Positions 41,830 through 53,083 of a stretch of DNA of 64,000 nt are shown here, piece after piece. How positions within the stretch are numbered: position 1 is the first letter of the stretch; every line of letters starts with the position of its first letter. The position numbers were made by a program, and so were the translations under genes. The DNA is from Candidatus Poribacteria bacterium (GTDB lineage: Bacteria > Poribacteria > WGA-4E > WGA-3G). Below the pieces are notes generated by a model. It did not search any database, was not told where the DNA came from, and saw only the letters and a list, made by a program, of their open reading frames with translations. Location: NCBI GenBank assembly GCA_965198235.1, contig OZ240248.1, positions 1 through 64,000 on the forward strand. Reading direction: 5' to 3'.

Positions 41830-42097
41830 GCGTAGTCTCGAACGTGCTGTTTTGTTGAGTTGTTTTTGTTGTCATGGTTTTCAACCCGAAGAACTTGATG
41901 AATTTCAAGTCGCTTGAGCCACTGGGTCAATATATGTTACACTTAAGAAATTACTAAAGTTTGGACAATTTGTGTGCTATCCAGACTTACTTATCACCAA
42001 TGCGTGCCGACGTTTGTTAGAAACCTGAATGAATATTCTGTTGTTTCATTACTTTGATGAAACTCGTAGAAAAAGATTCTCGGCATCAACAGCGAGC

Positions 42098-42174
42098 AGC
42101 CCCAGCGGGGCGAAATGTCTATAGCGCGCGACACATAAATACCCTAAAGCCCCAGCGGGGCGAAATGTCTATAG
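42098..42174. repeat. Two identical 27-bp direct repeats, period 50
   Basis: AGCCCCAGCGGGGCGAAATGTCTATAG at 42098 and 42148. Confidence 0.85.
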
Positions 42175-42223
42175 AAGAAGTATTGGGTTAGAAGAGTGCC
42201 TAAAGTATGGTTTCCATGATGTC

Positions 42224-42511
42224 ATGGAAGCTACCTCAGGAATAGATACGGGAAAGACGGGGGATTCATCAACATCTAAGCGCGTTGCGCGTCCAGTCAA
42301 CTCGGAGGAAAAATCTGGCTATACTTCCCTGCATGATGCGGCACGGGACAATGCTTACAAGGCAGCAGCAGTATTGCTGGAAAATGGCGCGGATGCTAAC
42401 GCTGAAGATGATAAAGGTCATACGCCTTTACACATCGCGGCAGAGAGGAAAGCGCATGAGGCAGTGAAGGTGCTATGCCGTCACCGAGAACGAAGGGGAT
42501 GGTCATGGTGA
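42224..42511 (+). CDS. Small ankyrin-repeat protein (possibly truncated)
   Basis: GYTSLHDAA...GADANA...GHTPLHIAA. Confidence 0.65.
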   Translation: MEATSGIDTGKTGDSSTSKRVARPVNSEEKSGYTSLHDAARDNAYKAAAVLLENGADANAEDDKGHTPLHIAAERKAHEAVKVLCRHRERRGWSW

Positions 42512-42553
42512 TCGTCGTTCAATACGTGAGCTCTAAAGAATTACGGATAGTCA

Positions 42554-44869
42554 ATGACAAATATAGACACAAATAATCTTGTTTTATGGTATCAGAAACC
42601 AGCCGAGGTATGGACAGATGCACTACCCATTGGAAACGGACGGCTCGGTGCTATGGTGTTTGGCGGTGTGGAACGCGAGCGTATTCAACTCAACGAAGAA
42701 ACTCTTTGGGATGGCGGGCCCCGCGACACCAACAACCCAAAAGCTTTGGAAGCACTCCAGAAAGTGCAGCAGTTGCTCTTTGACGACAAAAACGAAGAAG
42801 CCACTAAACTCGCTGGCGAGACGATGCTTGGCGTACCAGAACGTATCAAGTCCTATCAATCCTTGGGCGATCTGTCTCTGGAGTTTTCGTATGATGATGA
42901 TCCTACTGAGTATCGCCGAGAGTTAAATCTGAACACAGGCATTGCAAAGACAACCTATCGCTGCGGAGATGTCAATTTTAGCAGAGAAGTTTTTGCGACA
43001 GCGGTAGACAACCTCATTGTCGTTAGAATTGAATCTGACACAACAGGGCAACTCGCTTTCGATGTCGCGATAACTCGGGAACAAGATGCCACTGTTGAAG
43101 CAATTGCCGCTAATATCCTTAGATTGGATGGGCAATGTGGCAATAATGGAATGCGCTTTTCAGTGTATCTACAGGTGCAAATTAAGGGCGGAAAGGTCCA
43201 GTCGGAGAACGACCAGCTTGCTGTGCGTGACGCAAATGCCGTGACCCTTCTTCTCGCCGCTGCAACAAGTTACATTAATCAGAACGATGTGAGTGGAAGC
43301 CCGCACGCGCTTTGCGAAGGTCATCTCACTAATATTGACGCAAAATCTTATACGACGGTTCGAACAGATCATATTGTCGATCATCAGGACCTCTTTCAAC
43401 GAGTGCATCTGGATCTCGGTACTACCGACGCTACGAATTTCCCTACTGACGAACGTTTGGAAGCAGTAAAGGTAGGCGCATCGGATCCGGAACTTGTTGT
43501 CCTTTACTTCCAGTATGGACGCTATTTGATGATGGGAAGTTCGAGACCAGGATGCTTCCCCGCAAATCTGCAAGGCATCTGGAACGAGCACATGAACGCC
43601 CCTTGGAATAGCGATTTCCATACCAATATCAACCTCCAAATGAACTATTGGATCCCTGAGATTTGCAACCTTGCGGAGTGCCATATCCCCTTATTCGATT
43701 ATATGGATACACTCGTTGGACCGGGGAGTCGCACAGCGAAGTGCCATTACGGTGCCAATGGCTGGGTTGTCCATCATCTTTCTGACGTATGGGGTTTCAC
43801 AACACCTGCTGACGGCATCTGGGGTATTTGGCCCGTAGGTGCCGCGTGGCTATGTGAACATGTGTGGGAACACTATCTTTTCGGTGGCGATAAAGATTTT
43901 CTCATAGGACAGGGCTATCCACTCATGAAAGGTGCCGCCCGCTTCATACTGGATTTTCTCGTTGAGGCACCCGAAGGCACGCCTTTTGCTGGTAAACTCG
44001 TCACGAATCCGTCACACTCACCCGAAAACAGCTTCCTAAAGTCTGATGGCACACGCTCCCTTTTTACCTACGCTGCAACGATGGACCTGGAAATTATTCA
44101 TGAGCTCTTTACCAACTGTATCGCCTGCATTGATGTTCTCGGGGAGGATGCCGAATTCCGTGCTGAATTGGTTTCCGCTCTGGAACGACTCGCACCGCTC
44201 CAGATTAGCGAGAAAACAGGACGGCTGCAGGAATGGGTCTTTGACTACGACGAACCGGAACCAGGACACCGACACATGTCCCACATGTATGCACTCCACC
44301 CAAGTTGCCAGATTACGCTGCATGGGACACCGAAGTTAGCAGCCGCGGCAAAGAAATCGTTGGAATATCGCTTGGCACACGGGGGTGGACATACGGGTTG
44401 GAGCCGCGCGTGGCTCGTCAATTTCTGGGCACGGCTTGAGGATGCCGAGGAGGCATACACGCATCTCCAAGCACTTCTGGCGAAATGCACCTTAACGAAC
44501 CTCTTTGATACACATCCACCTTTCCAGATCGATGGAAATTTCGGGGGAACCTCCGGCATTGCAGAGATGTTGCTTCAGAGCCATGCGGGTGAGATTCACC
44601 TATTGCCCGCGCTTCCAAAAGCATGGGGCACAGGAAGCGCCAGTGGATTGCGTGCCCGCGGCGGATTTGAAGTGGCAATGGCATGGGAGAATGGACAACT
44701 CACCGAGGCACACCTTCATTCCACATTGGGAGAAGACTGCACTGTCCGAACAGCCGCAACTGTTTCGGTGACATGTGATGGTGTACCGGTTGAAACGGAA
44801 CAATCGGAGTCGATTGTCGCATTTGGAACAGAGGCACGAAAAACTTACGCACTATCGGTTTCGAGTTAA
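42554..44869 (+). CDS. GH95 alpha-L-fucosidase
   Basis: [35 protein letters not shown]. Confidence 0.95.
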   Translation: MTNIDTNNLVLWYQKPAEVWTDALPIGNGRLGAMVFGGVERERIQLNEETLWDGGPRDTNNPKALEALQKVQQLLFDDKNEEATKLAGETMLGVPERIKSYQSLGDLSLEFSYDDDPTEYRRELNLNTGIAKTTYRCGDVNFSREVFATAVDNLIVVRIESDTTGQLAFDVAITREQDATVEAIAANILRLDGQCGNNGMRFSVYLQVQIKGGKVQSENDQLAVRDANAVTLLLAAATSYINQNDVSGSPHALCEGHLTNIDAKSYTTVRTDHIVDHQDLFQRVHLDLGTTDATNFPTDERLEAVKVGASDPELVVLYFQYGRYLMMGSSRPGCFPANLQGIWNEHMNAPWNSDFHTNINLQMNYWIPEICNLAECHIPLFDYMDTLVGPGSRTAKCHYGANGWVVHHLSDVWGFTTPADGIWGIWPVGAAWLCEHVWEHYLFGGDKDFLIGQGYPLMKGAARFILDFLVEAPEGTPFAGKLVTNPSHSPENSFLKSDGTRSLFTYAATMDLEIIHELFTNCIACIDVLGEDAEFRAELVSALERLAPLQISEKTGRLQEWVFDYDEPEPGHRHMSHMYALHPSCQITLHGTPKLAAAAKKSLEYRLAHGGGHTGWSRAWLVNFWARLEDAEEAYTHLQALLAKCTLTNLFDTHPPFQIDGNFGGTSGIAEMLLQSHAGEIHLLPALPKAWGTGSASGLRARGGFEVAMAWENGQLTEAHLHSTLGEDCTVRTAATVSVTCDGVPVETEQSESIVAFGTEARKTYALSVSS

Positions 44870-44875
44870 GTCTAC

Positions 44876-45802
44876 TTATATTGGCAAACGTCCTTGATTG
44901 GTATATTGCTTGATCCGCTCATTTGCCAGTTCGACGTATTTCTCCTCAATGTCGTACCCAATATAGTGTCTCCCTGATTTTAAGGCACTCAGGCACGTGG
45001 TGCCGCTTCCACAGAATGGGTCCAGGACGACATCACCTACAAAGGTATAGAGTTGAATTAACCGATGCGGCAACTCCTCCGGAAAAGGCGCAGGATGTCC
45101 GATCCGCTTCGCCGAGACGGACGGAAACGTCCAAACGCTTTTTGTCCACTCTAAGAAATCCTCTTTGCAAATCGAATTCTCTTGGTTCCCGTTGCGTTTC
45201 CGAGAAAAGGAGTCTTTGGAAAAAACGAGGATATATTCATGAACGTCCCTCAGTACGGGGTTCGCTGCCGATAACCAACTTCCCCACGCCGTTGAAGATC
45301 CAGCACTTGAAGCTTTGTCCCAAATAATCTCACCCCGCATATAGTAACCAATCGCTAACATGTCTTCTATGATGTAACTATGCAACGGGATATAGGGTTT
45401 CCGTCCTAAGTTGGCGATATTAATACATGCTCTGCCCCCAGTAACCAATTTTTTGTAGGTTTCAGCGAAAACAGCGTAGAGGAGTTCTCTGTATTCCGCG
45501 AGCGACAAATCCTCGTCATACTCCTTTTTCGCATTATACGGAGGAGACGTAACCATCAGATGAACACTGGCGTCGGGAATTGCGGACATATTTGTGCTCG
45601 AAGCACAATAGAATCGATCAAGGTTTTCAGCAGGGATAGGATTTTCTGTCCACGTGTCGGGTTTTGGAGGTTCCTGATCGGCGTAGAGTTTGCTCCCATA
45701 AAACTCACTGGCATCGTGATTGATTCTTCCAGAGGTTCCGAACGCGCTGGTTTGGGTGCCCTGTTTCCGAGATTCCGAGTTCATTTTACCCATACCTTCC
45801 AT
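44876..45802 (-). CDS. Orphan beta-class amino-DNA methyltransferase (likely N4-cytosine)
   Basis: TSPPY motif IV precedes DPFCGSGTT motif I; HPAPFP. Confidence 0.92.
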   Translation of the reverse strand: MEGMGKMNSESRKQGTQTSAFGTSGRINHDASEFYGSKLYADQEPPKPDTWTENPIPAENLDRFYCASSTNMSAIPDASVHLMVTSPPYNAKKEYDEDLSLAEYRELLYAVFAETYKKLVTGGRACINIANLGRKPYIPLHSYIIEDMLAIGYYMRGEIIWDKASSAGSSTAWGSWLSAANPVLRDVHEYILVFSKDSFSRKRNGNQENSICKEDFLEWTKSVWTFPSVSAKRIGHPAPFPEELPHRLIQLYTFVGDVVLDPFCGSGTTCLSALKSGRHYIGYDIEEKYVELANERIKQYTNQGRLPI

Positions 45803-45807
45803 TCACC

Positions 45808-47025
45808 TCAATACCGGTCTGGAGACCAGAAGATGACATCGCGTTTAGGAAACAGCATTTTTAAAAACGCCGAAACCTCAGCAGATACCGAAGCATCGGG
45901 GCTTATCTGCTCCCACCCTATCTCGCCGAACAGAAGTTTCCAGAAATCTGCTTCGGTTAAGTCTACTCCTAAGTCAACAGCATCAATATCTTCATGAACG
46001 ATTTGCAGCGTGCCATCGGCATTGTGTCGTAGAGCTGCTTGCTGATTGTTGAGAGCGGGCAATTTGACGGTGAGCGGTGGAAACGTCTCTTCGGCATCCG
46101 CAATTCGCGATTCCCACCCGACGACAAGGCGACGCAAAAGCACAGGTAGGTTCACAGCGTAGAGCATCATTGTCGTATCAGTTGTCGGAGTTAATGCGCC
46201 ATTGCATCCTGCTGTGAGGCGTTCTACAAATGGATGTTGAGGCGGGAATGTACCTTCTATTTTCTCAACCTCTTGTGCTTCACACGCTTTCAGAAAATGG
46301 GATACGAATGCCTCTAAGACTCCTGGATTATTAGGGATGTATCCTACCTCACGCACTTCTGCGGTCTTTTCATATATCTCATAGTTAAGATACCCGCCGA
46401 TGTGTCCGTCTCGGCGTGCCACGAGGGTTGGAAAAACACCACGGATGCGGCAGGGGGCCATATCCCAATAAGCGCGTGTCCGTGCGATGGTTCCACTCTG
46501 CTGGGCATTGATGAGGTCGTGTAGTCTCGCCACCGCATCTAAATCTGTTTCTGGGTTGAAAGTGTTTATCTCCCATCCGGATGGATATTCTACGTTCATC
46601 GTCGAGTTGCGCGGCACGACGAAACCGTGCAAAGGGAGGGAGGTCCATCCCAATTGGCGGTAAAAGCCCTCTGGAATGATAGTAAACAACGCACCGATGT
46701 CACATCCCGTCATCCGCAGATAGTCAATTGTATCCCGCATGAGGGCAGATGCATACCCAACCCCACGATACTTCGGATGTGTGCAAACACCACCAATGCC
46801 ACCCATCGTTACGAAGGATGCCCCGACCCGTATCCGTCGTTCCCAGACGCGCAAGGTTGAAATAACTGTGTCGTTCACAACAACAACCCGGGTTTGCGGA
46901 AGTCTGTAACTGCTGTCACCGCGCACATACTGCCAATAACGTTCATGTCCATCGGGATTAAACGCTAAGCAGCAAAGTTCAACGACCTGCTCTAATTCTG
47001 ATTCGCGACCTGCTCTAATTTCCAT
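45808..47025 (-). CDS. Eis-like GNAT N-acetyltransferase
   Basis: VCTHPKYRGVGYA; tandem GNAT plus SCP2-like tail. Confidence 0.85.
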   Translation of the reverse strand: MEIRAGRESELEQVVELCCLAFNPDGHERYWQYVRGDSSYRLPQTRVVVVNDTVISTLRVWERRIRVGASFVTMGGIGGVCTHPKYRGVGYASALMRDTIDYLRMTGCDIGALFTIIPEGFYRQLGWTSLPLHGFVVPRNSTMNVEYPSGWEINTFNPETDLDAVARLHDLINAQQSGTIARTRAYWDMAPCRIRGVFPTLVARRDGHIGGYLNYEIYEKTAEVREVGYIPNNPGVLEAFVSHFLKACEAQEVEKIEGTFPPQHPFVERLTAGCNGALTPTTDTTMMLYAVNLPVLLRRLVVGWESRIADAEETFPPLTVKLPALNNQQAALRHNADGTLQIVHEDIDAVDLGVDLTEADFWKLLFGEIGWEQISPDASVSAEVSAFLKMLFPKRDVIFWSPDRY

Positions 47026-47195
47026 TTTTCTAACTATGGGCTCCTGGGCATCGTTCCACTTCGTTTCACGATGGTTTCTGGTTAGATTCAACAGGGTTTG
47101 GGATATGTGCACCTTTAAGAGTATTCCATCCCTTTATCAAATCTTCCCGCCAAACTCCTGCTTGAGCGGCGGGAGTATGCCAACCTAATGTTCAT

Positions 47196-48245
47196 CTACT
47201 GCATTGAGAAAACAACGCCCAACGCCTCATTCGGCGTTTGAATCAATTTTTCACACCCTTCGGGTGCCTGATCAATCGGAATCATATCTGTAATCAGCGG
47301 TTTCACCTGGACTTTGCCCTCCGACATCAGCCGTAGTGATAATTCTAAGTTGCGCTGTGTGGGCCAAGGGACAAACACCGGTGGGTAATCCGCGCCGTGC
47401 TCATAATCCTCGTCGTGGTAACCGGGTCCCGTGCGAGCCGCACTAATAACATCAACGTTGCCGAGACCCGCCGCAAAACCGTGTGTAATGTTCGCACCAC
47501 CGACGATAACAATCCGTCCAACTTTGTGGGTATCGGGTGCGGTTTTCAGCATCGCACGGATCTGTTGAAACGCACTTGTTCCATCGCCACCGAAGGCGAT
47601 AATTCCGCAATCCATACCGTAACCATTCGTAAATTCATTCGCAATTGGAATCGGATCTGCGTCCGAGACGTTTATCGCGCGATGTATCCCCGCGGCTTCT
47701 GCAATGCCTATCCGTAGCGGCAACCTATCCAATCCAATGACATAGGCACCTGCGACTCTGGCTATCTGACACGCGAATTGTCCGACAATACCTAATCCAG
47801 CAACGACAACGTTTTCGCCGATACGGATGCGCCCGCGTTGCACCGCGTGCAACGCCGTTGCTGTAAGATGAATAGATGCCCCTTCTTCGTCGCTGACGTT
47901 ATCCGGAATCTTCGCGCATAGGTTGTGTGGAACACAGGCATACGTGGCGTGGAGCGCATATCCGCCTCCCATACCAGCCACCCTATCGCCGATCTCAAAT
48001 TCGTCGCAATCTCCCTCTTTGCCAATGACCACCCCCGCGTTCGTATAACCGAACGGACGTTGTCGCGCTTCAGAACCTGGGTTCTCGCGTCGTCGTTTGA
48101 CACCACCGAGTTCCGAGCCGGGACTTACCATCGAAGCATGAACTTCAATTAAGAGTTGTCCGGGTTTCGGTGCAGGCGTTTCCTCTTCATCTGTCCAGAT
48201 ACGTCCCGCTTCATTCATCATCAAAACTTTTCTTGTTTTACTCAT
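47196..48245 (-). CDS. Medium-chain (zinc-binding family) dehydrogenase
   Basis: SPGSE, GYTNAG, GLGIVG. Confidence 0.88.
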   Translation of the reverse strand: MSKTRKVLMMNEAGRIWTDEEETPAPKPGQLLIEVHASMVSPGSELGGVKRRRENPGSEARQRPFGYTNAGVVIGKEGDCDEFEIGDRVAGMGGGYALHATYACVPHNLCAKIPDNVSDEEGASIHLTATALHAVQRGRIRIGENVVVAGLGIVGQFACQIARVAGAYVIGLDRLPLRIGIAEAAGIHRAINVSDADPIPIANEFTNGYGMDCGIIAFGGDGTSAFQQIRAMLKTAPDTHKVGRIVIVGGANITHGFAAGLGNVDVISAARTGPGYHDEDYEHGADYPPVFVPWPTQRNLELSLRLMSEGKVQVKPLITDMIPIDQAPEGCEKLIQTPNEALGVVFSMQ

Positions 48246-48308
48246 AAACAGTCCTCTCTGTTTCTTTATGTTTGTGGGCGCGCTTTGCAAGCGCGCTAAA
48301 CCGAATAT

Positions 48309-49271
48309 CTACCGATAGGGATCCAAATCAATACCCGGATATGCCTGTTCAAGACGTGCAAGGGCTTCCGGCGTATAGTATGCATCACCCGGAGCGGGCC
48401 ACCCCAGAACGCGTCGCACGGCGGGGGTCGTTTGCGCGACAAATTTCATATATTGTGGGCTACCCCAGCCGGGTACAGGGCGCGTCGTTTTGCACCAATC
48501 GGCATTGTCCGCACGATGAAAATGATAGCCCATCCATCCGCGCTGTCTGGTTTTGTTCTGAAACGGTTGCGCTGCGTGAACCAAGTAACTGGAACGGAAC
48601 GCGACACTCCCCGCTTTCGCCGTAAGGGGAATCGGATCTCCGAGTTCTTTAAATTCACGTAAGTCAGGAATACCCATTCCGCCTGCTCTACCCGGGTACC
48701 TCGCCCATATTTTATCCAACTGGTTCTGTGAACCTGGGCAGACGAGCATCGGTGCACCGTCCAATTCGATGTCATGTAGGAAAATAGCGGACAGAATATA
48801 TCCGTAGCGTTGCCAATCCGGATGTGGTGGCAAGGCGGAATTCGTCGCATTGTCAATATGATACCCCTGCCACGGATGTTCACTGTGACGGCTATCGGTG
48901 AGCCCCTCTCGAAGGAAGATTTGTCCATAACTGAGCCGAATTTCTTCTGTGCCTAACAATTGCTGCGCGATTGCGAGATATGTCTCGTTTTCGATGAGCT
49001 TATCCACCACTTCCAAGCCTGTCGGAAAATGCAGTGCTTTACCAAAGGGACCAGCGAGCCGTTGCATATCGCTGTTTTTCTCATAGGCACTTTTCAGTGC
49101 GTCTGGTTGCGGATCCCATTTCGCTCGATATTCGGCGTAAGTCAAGCCATCGTAAGCATTTTGTTCAACCTTTTCTAACGCGGGTGCAATTGCTTTCGGT
49201 GAAAACACGTTGGGCACCACGATTATTCCATTTCGGTTCCATGCTGTCAATTGTTCCGTTGTGAGTTGCAT
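48309..49271 (-). CDS. Phytanoyl-CoA dioxygenase family (PhyH)
   Basis: HID, CPGSQ, LVHAA motifs. Confidence 0.88.
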   Translation of the reverse strand: MQLTTEQLTAWNRNGIIVVPNVFSPKAIAPALEKVEQNAYDGLTYAEYRAKWDPQPDALKSAYEKNSDMQRLAGPFGKALHFPTGLEVVDKLIENETYLAIAQQLLGTEEIRLSYGQIFLREGLTDSRHSEHPWQGYHIDNATNSALPPHPDWQRYGYILSAIFLHDIELDGAPMLVCPGSQNQLDKIWARYPGRAGGMGIPDLREFKELGDPIPLTAKAGSVAFRSSYLVHAAQPFQNKTRQRGWMGYHFHRADNADWCKTTRPVPGWGSPQYMKFVAQTTPAVRRVLGWPAPGDAYYTPEALARLEQAYPGIDLDPYR

Positions 49272-49276
49272 GACAT

Positions 49277-50317
49277 TCACCTCCGTGTGAACGTTTCCCA
49301 TTTATCCTCTTGAATCATTTCACTATCTGCTTTCTGCTGAATCGTCTGCCACCATTCCTGGTTCTCAACGTACCATTGGATCGTCTCGCGCATACCATCT
49401 TCAAATGCAATAATCGGTTTCCAACCCATATCATGGGCAATCTTGCTTGAATCAAGGAGATAACGGCAATCATGCCCCGGTCGGTCGGGAACATAAGTTT
49501 TCAGAGCCTGTGGTTTGTTAAGAATATCCAATATGAAATCGCTAATCTCTTCAATACTCTTCTCCACGCCACTTCCGACGTTGTAGGTCTCGCCGATTTT
49601 GCCGTACTCAAGAACTGCCGCGATTGCCCTGCAATGATCCTCGACGTGCAACCATTCTCGTCGGTTATGACTGCTTCGGTAGAGCGTTAACGGTAAATCT
49701 TGGATTGCATTTGTTGTAAAGAGTGGAATGAGTTTCTCCGGATGCTGATACGGACCGTAGTTGTTCGCACAATTGGAAATCGTTATCGGCATACCGAAAC
49801 TATGGAAGTAGGCGTTCACGAGATGATCCGCTGCCGCTTTAGAGGCGTTGTAGGGCGTCTGCGGACGGTATGGTGCGTTTTCGCTGAATCTGTCAGGTGA
49901 GTCCAAAGGGAGTTCGCCATAAACCTCGCATGTAGAGATGTGATGAAACCGCTGTACACCGTGCTTCCGAGACGCATCCAGTAACACCTGTGTCCCTATC
50001 ACGTTCGTTTCAAAGAAACGCCGCGGATGCAGAATTGCACGACTGTTGTGTGACTCCGCAGCGAAATTGACAATTACGTCCGGATGCTCTTTTTTCAGAG
50101 TGCTTTCCACAAGAGCAGTGTCCAGAATATCACCGCTCACAAACCTGTACCGATTTGGGTGGTGGGTTTCCGCTATGTCCGTCAGATTGGAGAGATTTCC
50201 AGCGTACGTCAGTCGGTCAAAGTTGACGATAACATCGTCCGAATTACATTGCAGCCAGTATCGGATGAAGTTGGTACCGATAAATCCAGCACCACCCGTG
50301 ACCAATAATTTCATCAA
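49277..50317 (-). CDS. rfbB: dTDP-glucose 4,6-dehydratase
   Basis: GGAGFIG, TYAGN, AAESH, YNASK, NNYGPYQHPEK. Confidence 0.93.
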   Translation of the reverse strand: MMKLLVTGGAGFIGTNFIRYWLQCNSDDVIVNFDRLTYAGNLSNLTDIAETHHPNRYRFVSGDILDTALVESTLKKEHPDVIVNFAAESHNSRAILHPRRFFETNVIGTQVLLDASRKHGVQRFHHISTCEVYGELPLDSPDRFSENAPYRPQTPYNASKAAADHLVNAYFHSFGMPITISNCANNYGPYQHPEKLIPLFTTNAIQDLPLTLYRSSHNRREWLHVEDHCRAIAAVLEYGKIGETYNVGSGVEKSIEEISDFILDILNKPQALKTYVPDRPGHDCRYLLDSSKIAHDMGWKPIIAFEDGMRETIQWYVENQEWWQTIQQKADSEMIQEDKWETFTRR

Positions 50318-51084
50318 AGTTTCCCTTCTAAGAGATCGAATAGTTCGGCTTGATCTGGTTCTATTTCTTCGGTCCGGGTGATGTCATCCTCATATATCTC
50401 ACGTTCCCTGCCTATTGCCTGATTTTTCAAGTTTGCTGGTGCTTTTCTTCTTCCTGTCGGCGCGAGAATGTCTAAATCTATTTTTTCATGCGCCGCGGCG
50501 ACCTGTTTTTGAGCATGGTTGAGTTCGTGGCGAACAAAGATAAAATAGGCATCATCACCGTTTGGCATGTCGTCAAGCGACTCAAGAAGATTTAGAAATG
50601 TATTCGGTTCGTTTTCTTCTAACCACTTCATAGACTCGGCAAAGGCAACTCGCGTTCTATATTGATACATGTTATGATTGCGCTCTCGCAGGACAGACCA
50701 AAGCCGTTCCACCCGGTCGATATGTTGTGCTATCAGTGTGCCTTCGCCGTTAAGGGCAAGTTTTCGTCTTTTCCGTTCTGCTTTTGCTGCTACGCGCTCC
50801 GCTGCCTGCTGTGCTTCTTGTGCTGCCCGGTCATCTAATATTGTCTGCTCGCGTGTTTTCCTCCGGGCATCAAACCGATCGTAAAGTGCCGCGACTGCTG
50901 GCTCCATCATAACAGTCTTAAATTTTTCCGGATCCTGACGTTCAACGTACAACAAAGAGTCGTATGCAAGCGGATCCGCATTAGGCGAATTTAACTTCAC
51001 CAACCGCAAGGCTCGCTCAGCATGCTGCTCTGTCTTTGTGCCGACACCATTCAAACGAAATTTACCGCGTTTTTTAGCCATCAA
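50314..51084 (-). CDS. Hypothetical protein with internal repeat
   Basis: AAGGAG RBS; two LNG.GT...QH..R segments. Confidence 0.7.
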   Translation of the reverse strand: MMAKKRGKFRLNGVGTKTEQHAERALRLVKLNSPNADPLAYDSLLYVERQDPEKFKTVMMEPAVAALYDRFDARRKTREQTILDDRAAQEAQQAAERVAAKAERKRRKLALNGEGTLIAQHIDRVERLWSVLRERNHNMYQYRTRVAFAESMKWLEENEPNTFLNLLESLDDMPNGDDAYFIFVRHELNHAQKQVAAAHEKIDLDILAPTGRRKAPANLKNQAIGREREIYEDDITRTEEIEPDQAELFDLLEGKL

Positions 51085-51288
51085 CTGCTCCTTTCAAATG
51101 AATAACTCTATCTTATCAAAAATGAGTGTGGTCTGTCAATCTAAATTCGTTTGTATGAATGAAGATTCCGAGTTACAGAAAACGATAAAACTGTTGACAA
51201 ATAATCGTGAATATCCTAAAATAAAAGACAAATCTAATGCGTAATACTTCAATACCGCAGGGTTCCGTGCCTTGCGAAGGGGGAAAGA

Positions 51289-52227
51289 ATGCGCCAACGC
51301 AAATTAGGAAATACAGGGTTAACCGTTTCTGAAATCGGCATGGGAACATGGGAGCTCGGGGGCCGTGAATGGGGAGACATCGGTGAAACTGACGCTGTGG
51401 ATCTCCTCCGATACGCCTTTGAAAGTGGTGTTACCTATTACGATACAGCAGACCAATACGGTGGCGGCCGTGCTGAACGCCTGCTCGGTGAAGCCTTTTC
51501 GGCACTCGGCAATAGGGTTGTCATTGCAACGAAACTCGGCTATGAATTAGATTCCGATGGCTGGATTAGCCATGGATGGGAGCATCCATCGTTCAACGTC
51601 TCGCCGGACTATATCCGTCTGGCAGTTGAAGGGAGTCTCACACGGTTGAAGCGCGATGTTATAGACATCTACCAATTCCACTCGTCACCCCCCGCAGACG
51701 CATGGGATGACGCGTTTGGAACAATGGAGGAACTCAAAGCCGAAGGGAAAATTCGCTTTTACGGGATGGGTCTCGGCAGCGAGGCAGACGCGCTAAAGGC
51801 AATGGAAGACACCGGTATCTCTTCATTGATGCTCACCTATAACATTCTCACGCAAGGGATGGCGACCCCTGTGATGGAAACCGCCGCCGAGAACGGTATC
51901 GCTGTTGTCGTACGGCAGCCCCTATCGTCAGGTTTACTCTCTGGGCAACTCGGACCGGAGACTGTCTTTGCGGAAAACGATTATCGAAAAACTTGGTCTC
52001 GTGAGAAATTTCTCGCCGATCTGGAGCGGGTAGAACAGGTTAAGTCGATCATTGGTACTAAAGCGCGCAGTCTCCCACAAGCCGCTCTCAAATTTATCTT
52101 GGCACACCCAACTGTTTCCAGTGTTGTCCCAGGGATGATGACACCGGCGCAAGTTGACGACGGGGTTGCGACTTCGGGTTCCGCGCCTTTGCCTGCTGAC
52201 ATTTTGGAACAATTACGCAACGATTGA
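51289..52227 (+). CDS. Aldo/keto reductase
   Basis: LGNTGLTVSEIG, DTADQYG, PLSSGLLSG. Confidence 0.93.
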   Translation: MRQRKLGNTGLTVSEIGMGTWELGGREWGDIGETDAVDLLRYAFESGVTYYDTADQYGGGRAERLLGEAFSALGNRVVIATKLGYELDSDGWISHGWEHPSFNVSPDYIRLAVEGSLTRLKRDVIDIYQFHSSPPADAWDDAFGTMEELKAEGKIRFYGMGLGSEADALKAMEDTGISSLMLTYNILTQGMATPVMETAAENGIAVVVRQPLSSGLLSGQLGPETVFAENDYRKTWSREKFLADLERVEQVKSIIGTKARSLPQAALKFILAHPTVSSVVPGMMTPAQVDDGVATSGSAPLPADILEQLRND

Positions 52228-52390
52228 GGGAGTCCGTATGCAGGCAGAATGACCGATGGTTATTTTCAAATTTAATGAAAAAATAAGTTTGACATTTTTG
52301 GTAACTTGCGCTAAACTGTTTTCGTTAGTTGAACAGAGGCAAAAACCACAACATATTTTTCTACAATCGAAGTACGGAGGTTAGAGAAAA

Positions 52391-53083
52391 ATGAAACGCA
52401 TATTCACGATTATGGCAATATGTGTTATCGGGTTTCTTCTTATGGCACAATTTGCTACTGCCTTAGACAAAATTGAAGGTCCTTGGATGTGGATGATCAC
52501 CGAAAGCCCCGCAGGCGGAGGCGGTGCTGCCGTAACAGATGACGACGGTATCGACGACGCAACAAAGGGTAAACTGACCGAGGAAGACGTTGCAGAACAA
52601 GGACTTACGAAGAAAATTCTGAAGGTCAAATTTGCCGAAAATTACAAATGGACCGAGGGAGAAATCTCCGCAACCGGGGGGAACAACATCAACGACACGC
52701 TCATAAAGATTAAGTTGGGCCCCGGGGGCGATGTCAATGACCACTGCTCCTACGCCGTGATCAACGCTGTATCAAAGGCTAAGAAGAATGGCGTTGAAGC
52801 CCGTGTCGGCAGTGATGATTCCGTTAAGGTCTGGATGAACGGCAAAGAGGTTCACAAAAACGCTATCAACCGCGGTGCGGGTGATTTTCAGGACACATTT
52901 AAGGTAGATATCAAAAAAGGCGATAACGTCTTTATGGTTAAAGTGTGTGAACGCGGCGGTGGGTGGAGCATGTTCGCCGGGATTGACGCGCCTTTGGAAT
53001 ACAACCTGAAGTTCAAGGGACTTCCCGTTGAACCTGCTGGAAAATTAGCGACGCAGTGGGCAGAAATCAAACGTTCTTACTAA
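52391..53083 (+). CDS. Secreted beta-sandwich (PA14/galactose-binding-like) protein, single domain
   Basis: Signal peptide, GSDDSVKVWMNG, C-terminal VEPAGKLATQWAEIK. Confidence 0.8.
   Translation: MKRIFTIMAICVIGFLLMAQFATALDKIEGPWMWMITESPAGGGGAAVTDDDGIDDATKGKLTEEDVAEQGLTKKILKVKFAENYKWTEGEISATGGNNINDTLIKIKLGPGGDVNDHCSYAVINAVSKAKKNGVEARVGSDDSVKVWMNGKEVHKNAINRGAGDFQDTFKVDIKKGDNVFMVKVCERGGGWSMFAGIDAPLEYNLKFKGLPVEPAGKLATQWAEIKRSY

Noticed and set aside
42098-42174. CRISPR mini-array
   Set aside because: Only two repeats, a 23-bp spacer, no cas genes or leader, and related units are dispersed elsewhere.
47140-47184. Possible IS200/IS605 right-end relic (TTCCCGCC...GGCGGGAGTATGCCAA)
   Set aside because: The guide and cleavage tetranucleotides are degenerate and there is no partner end; it could be any hairpin.
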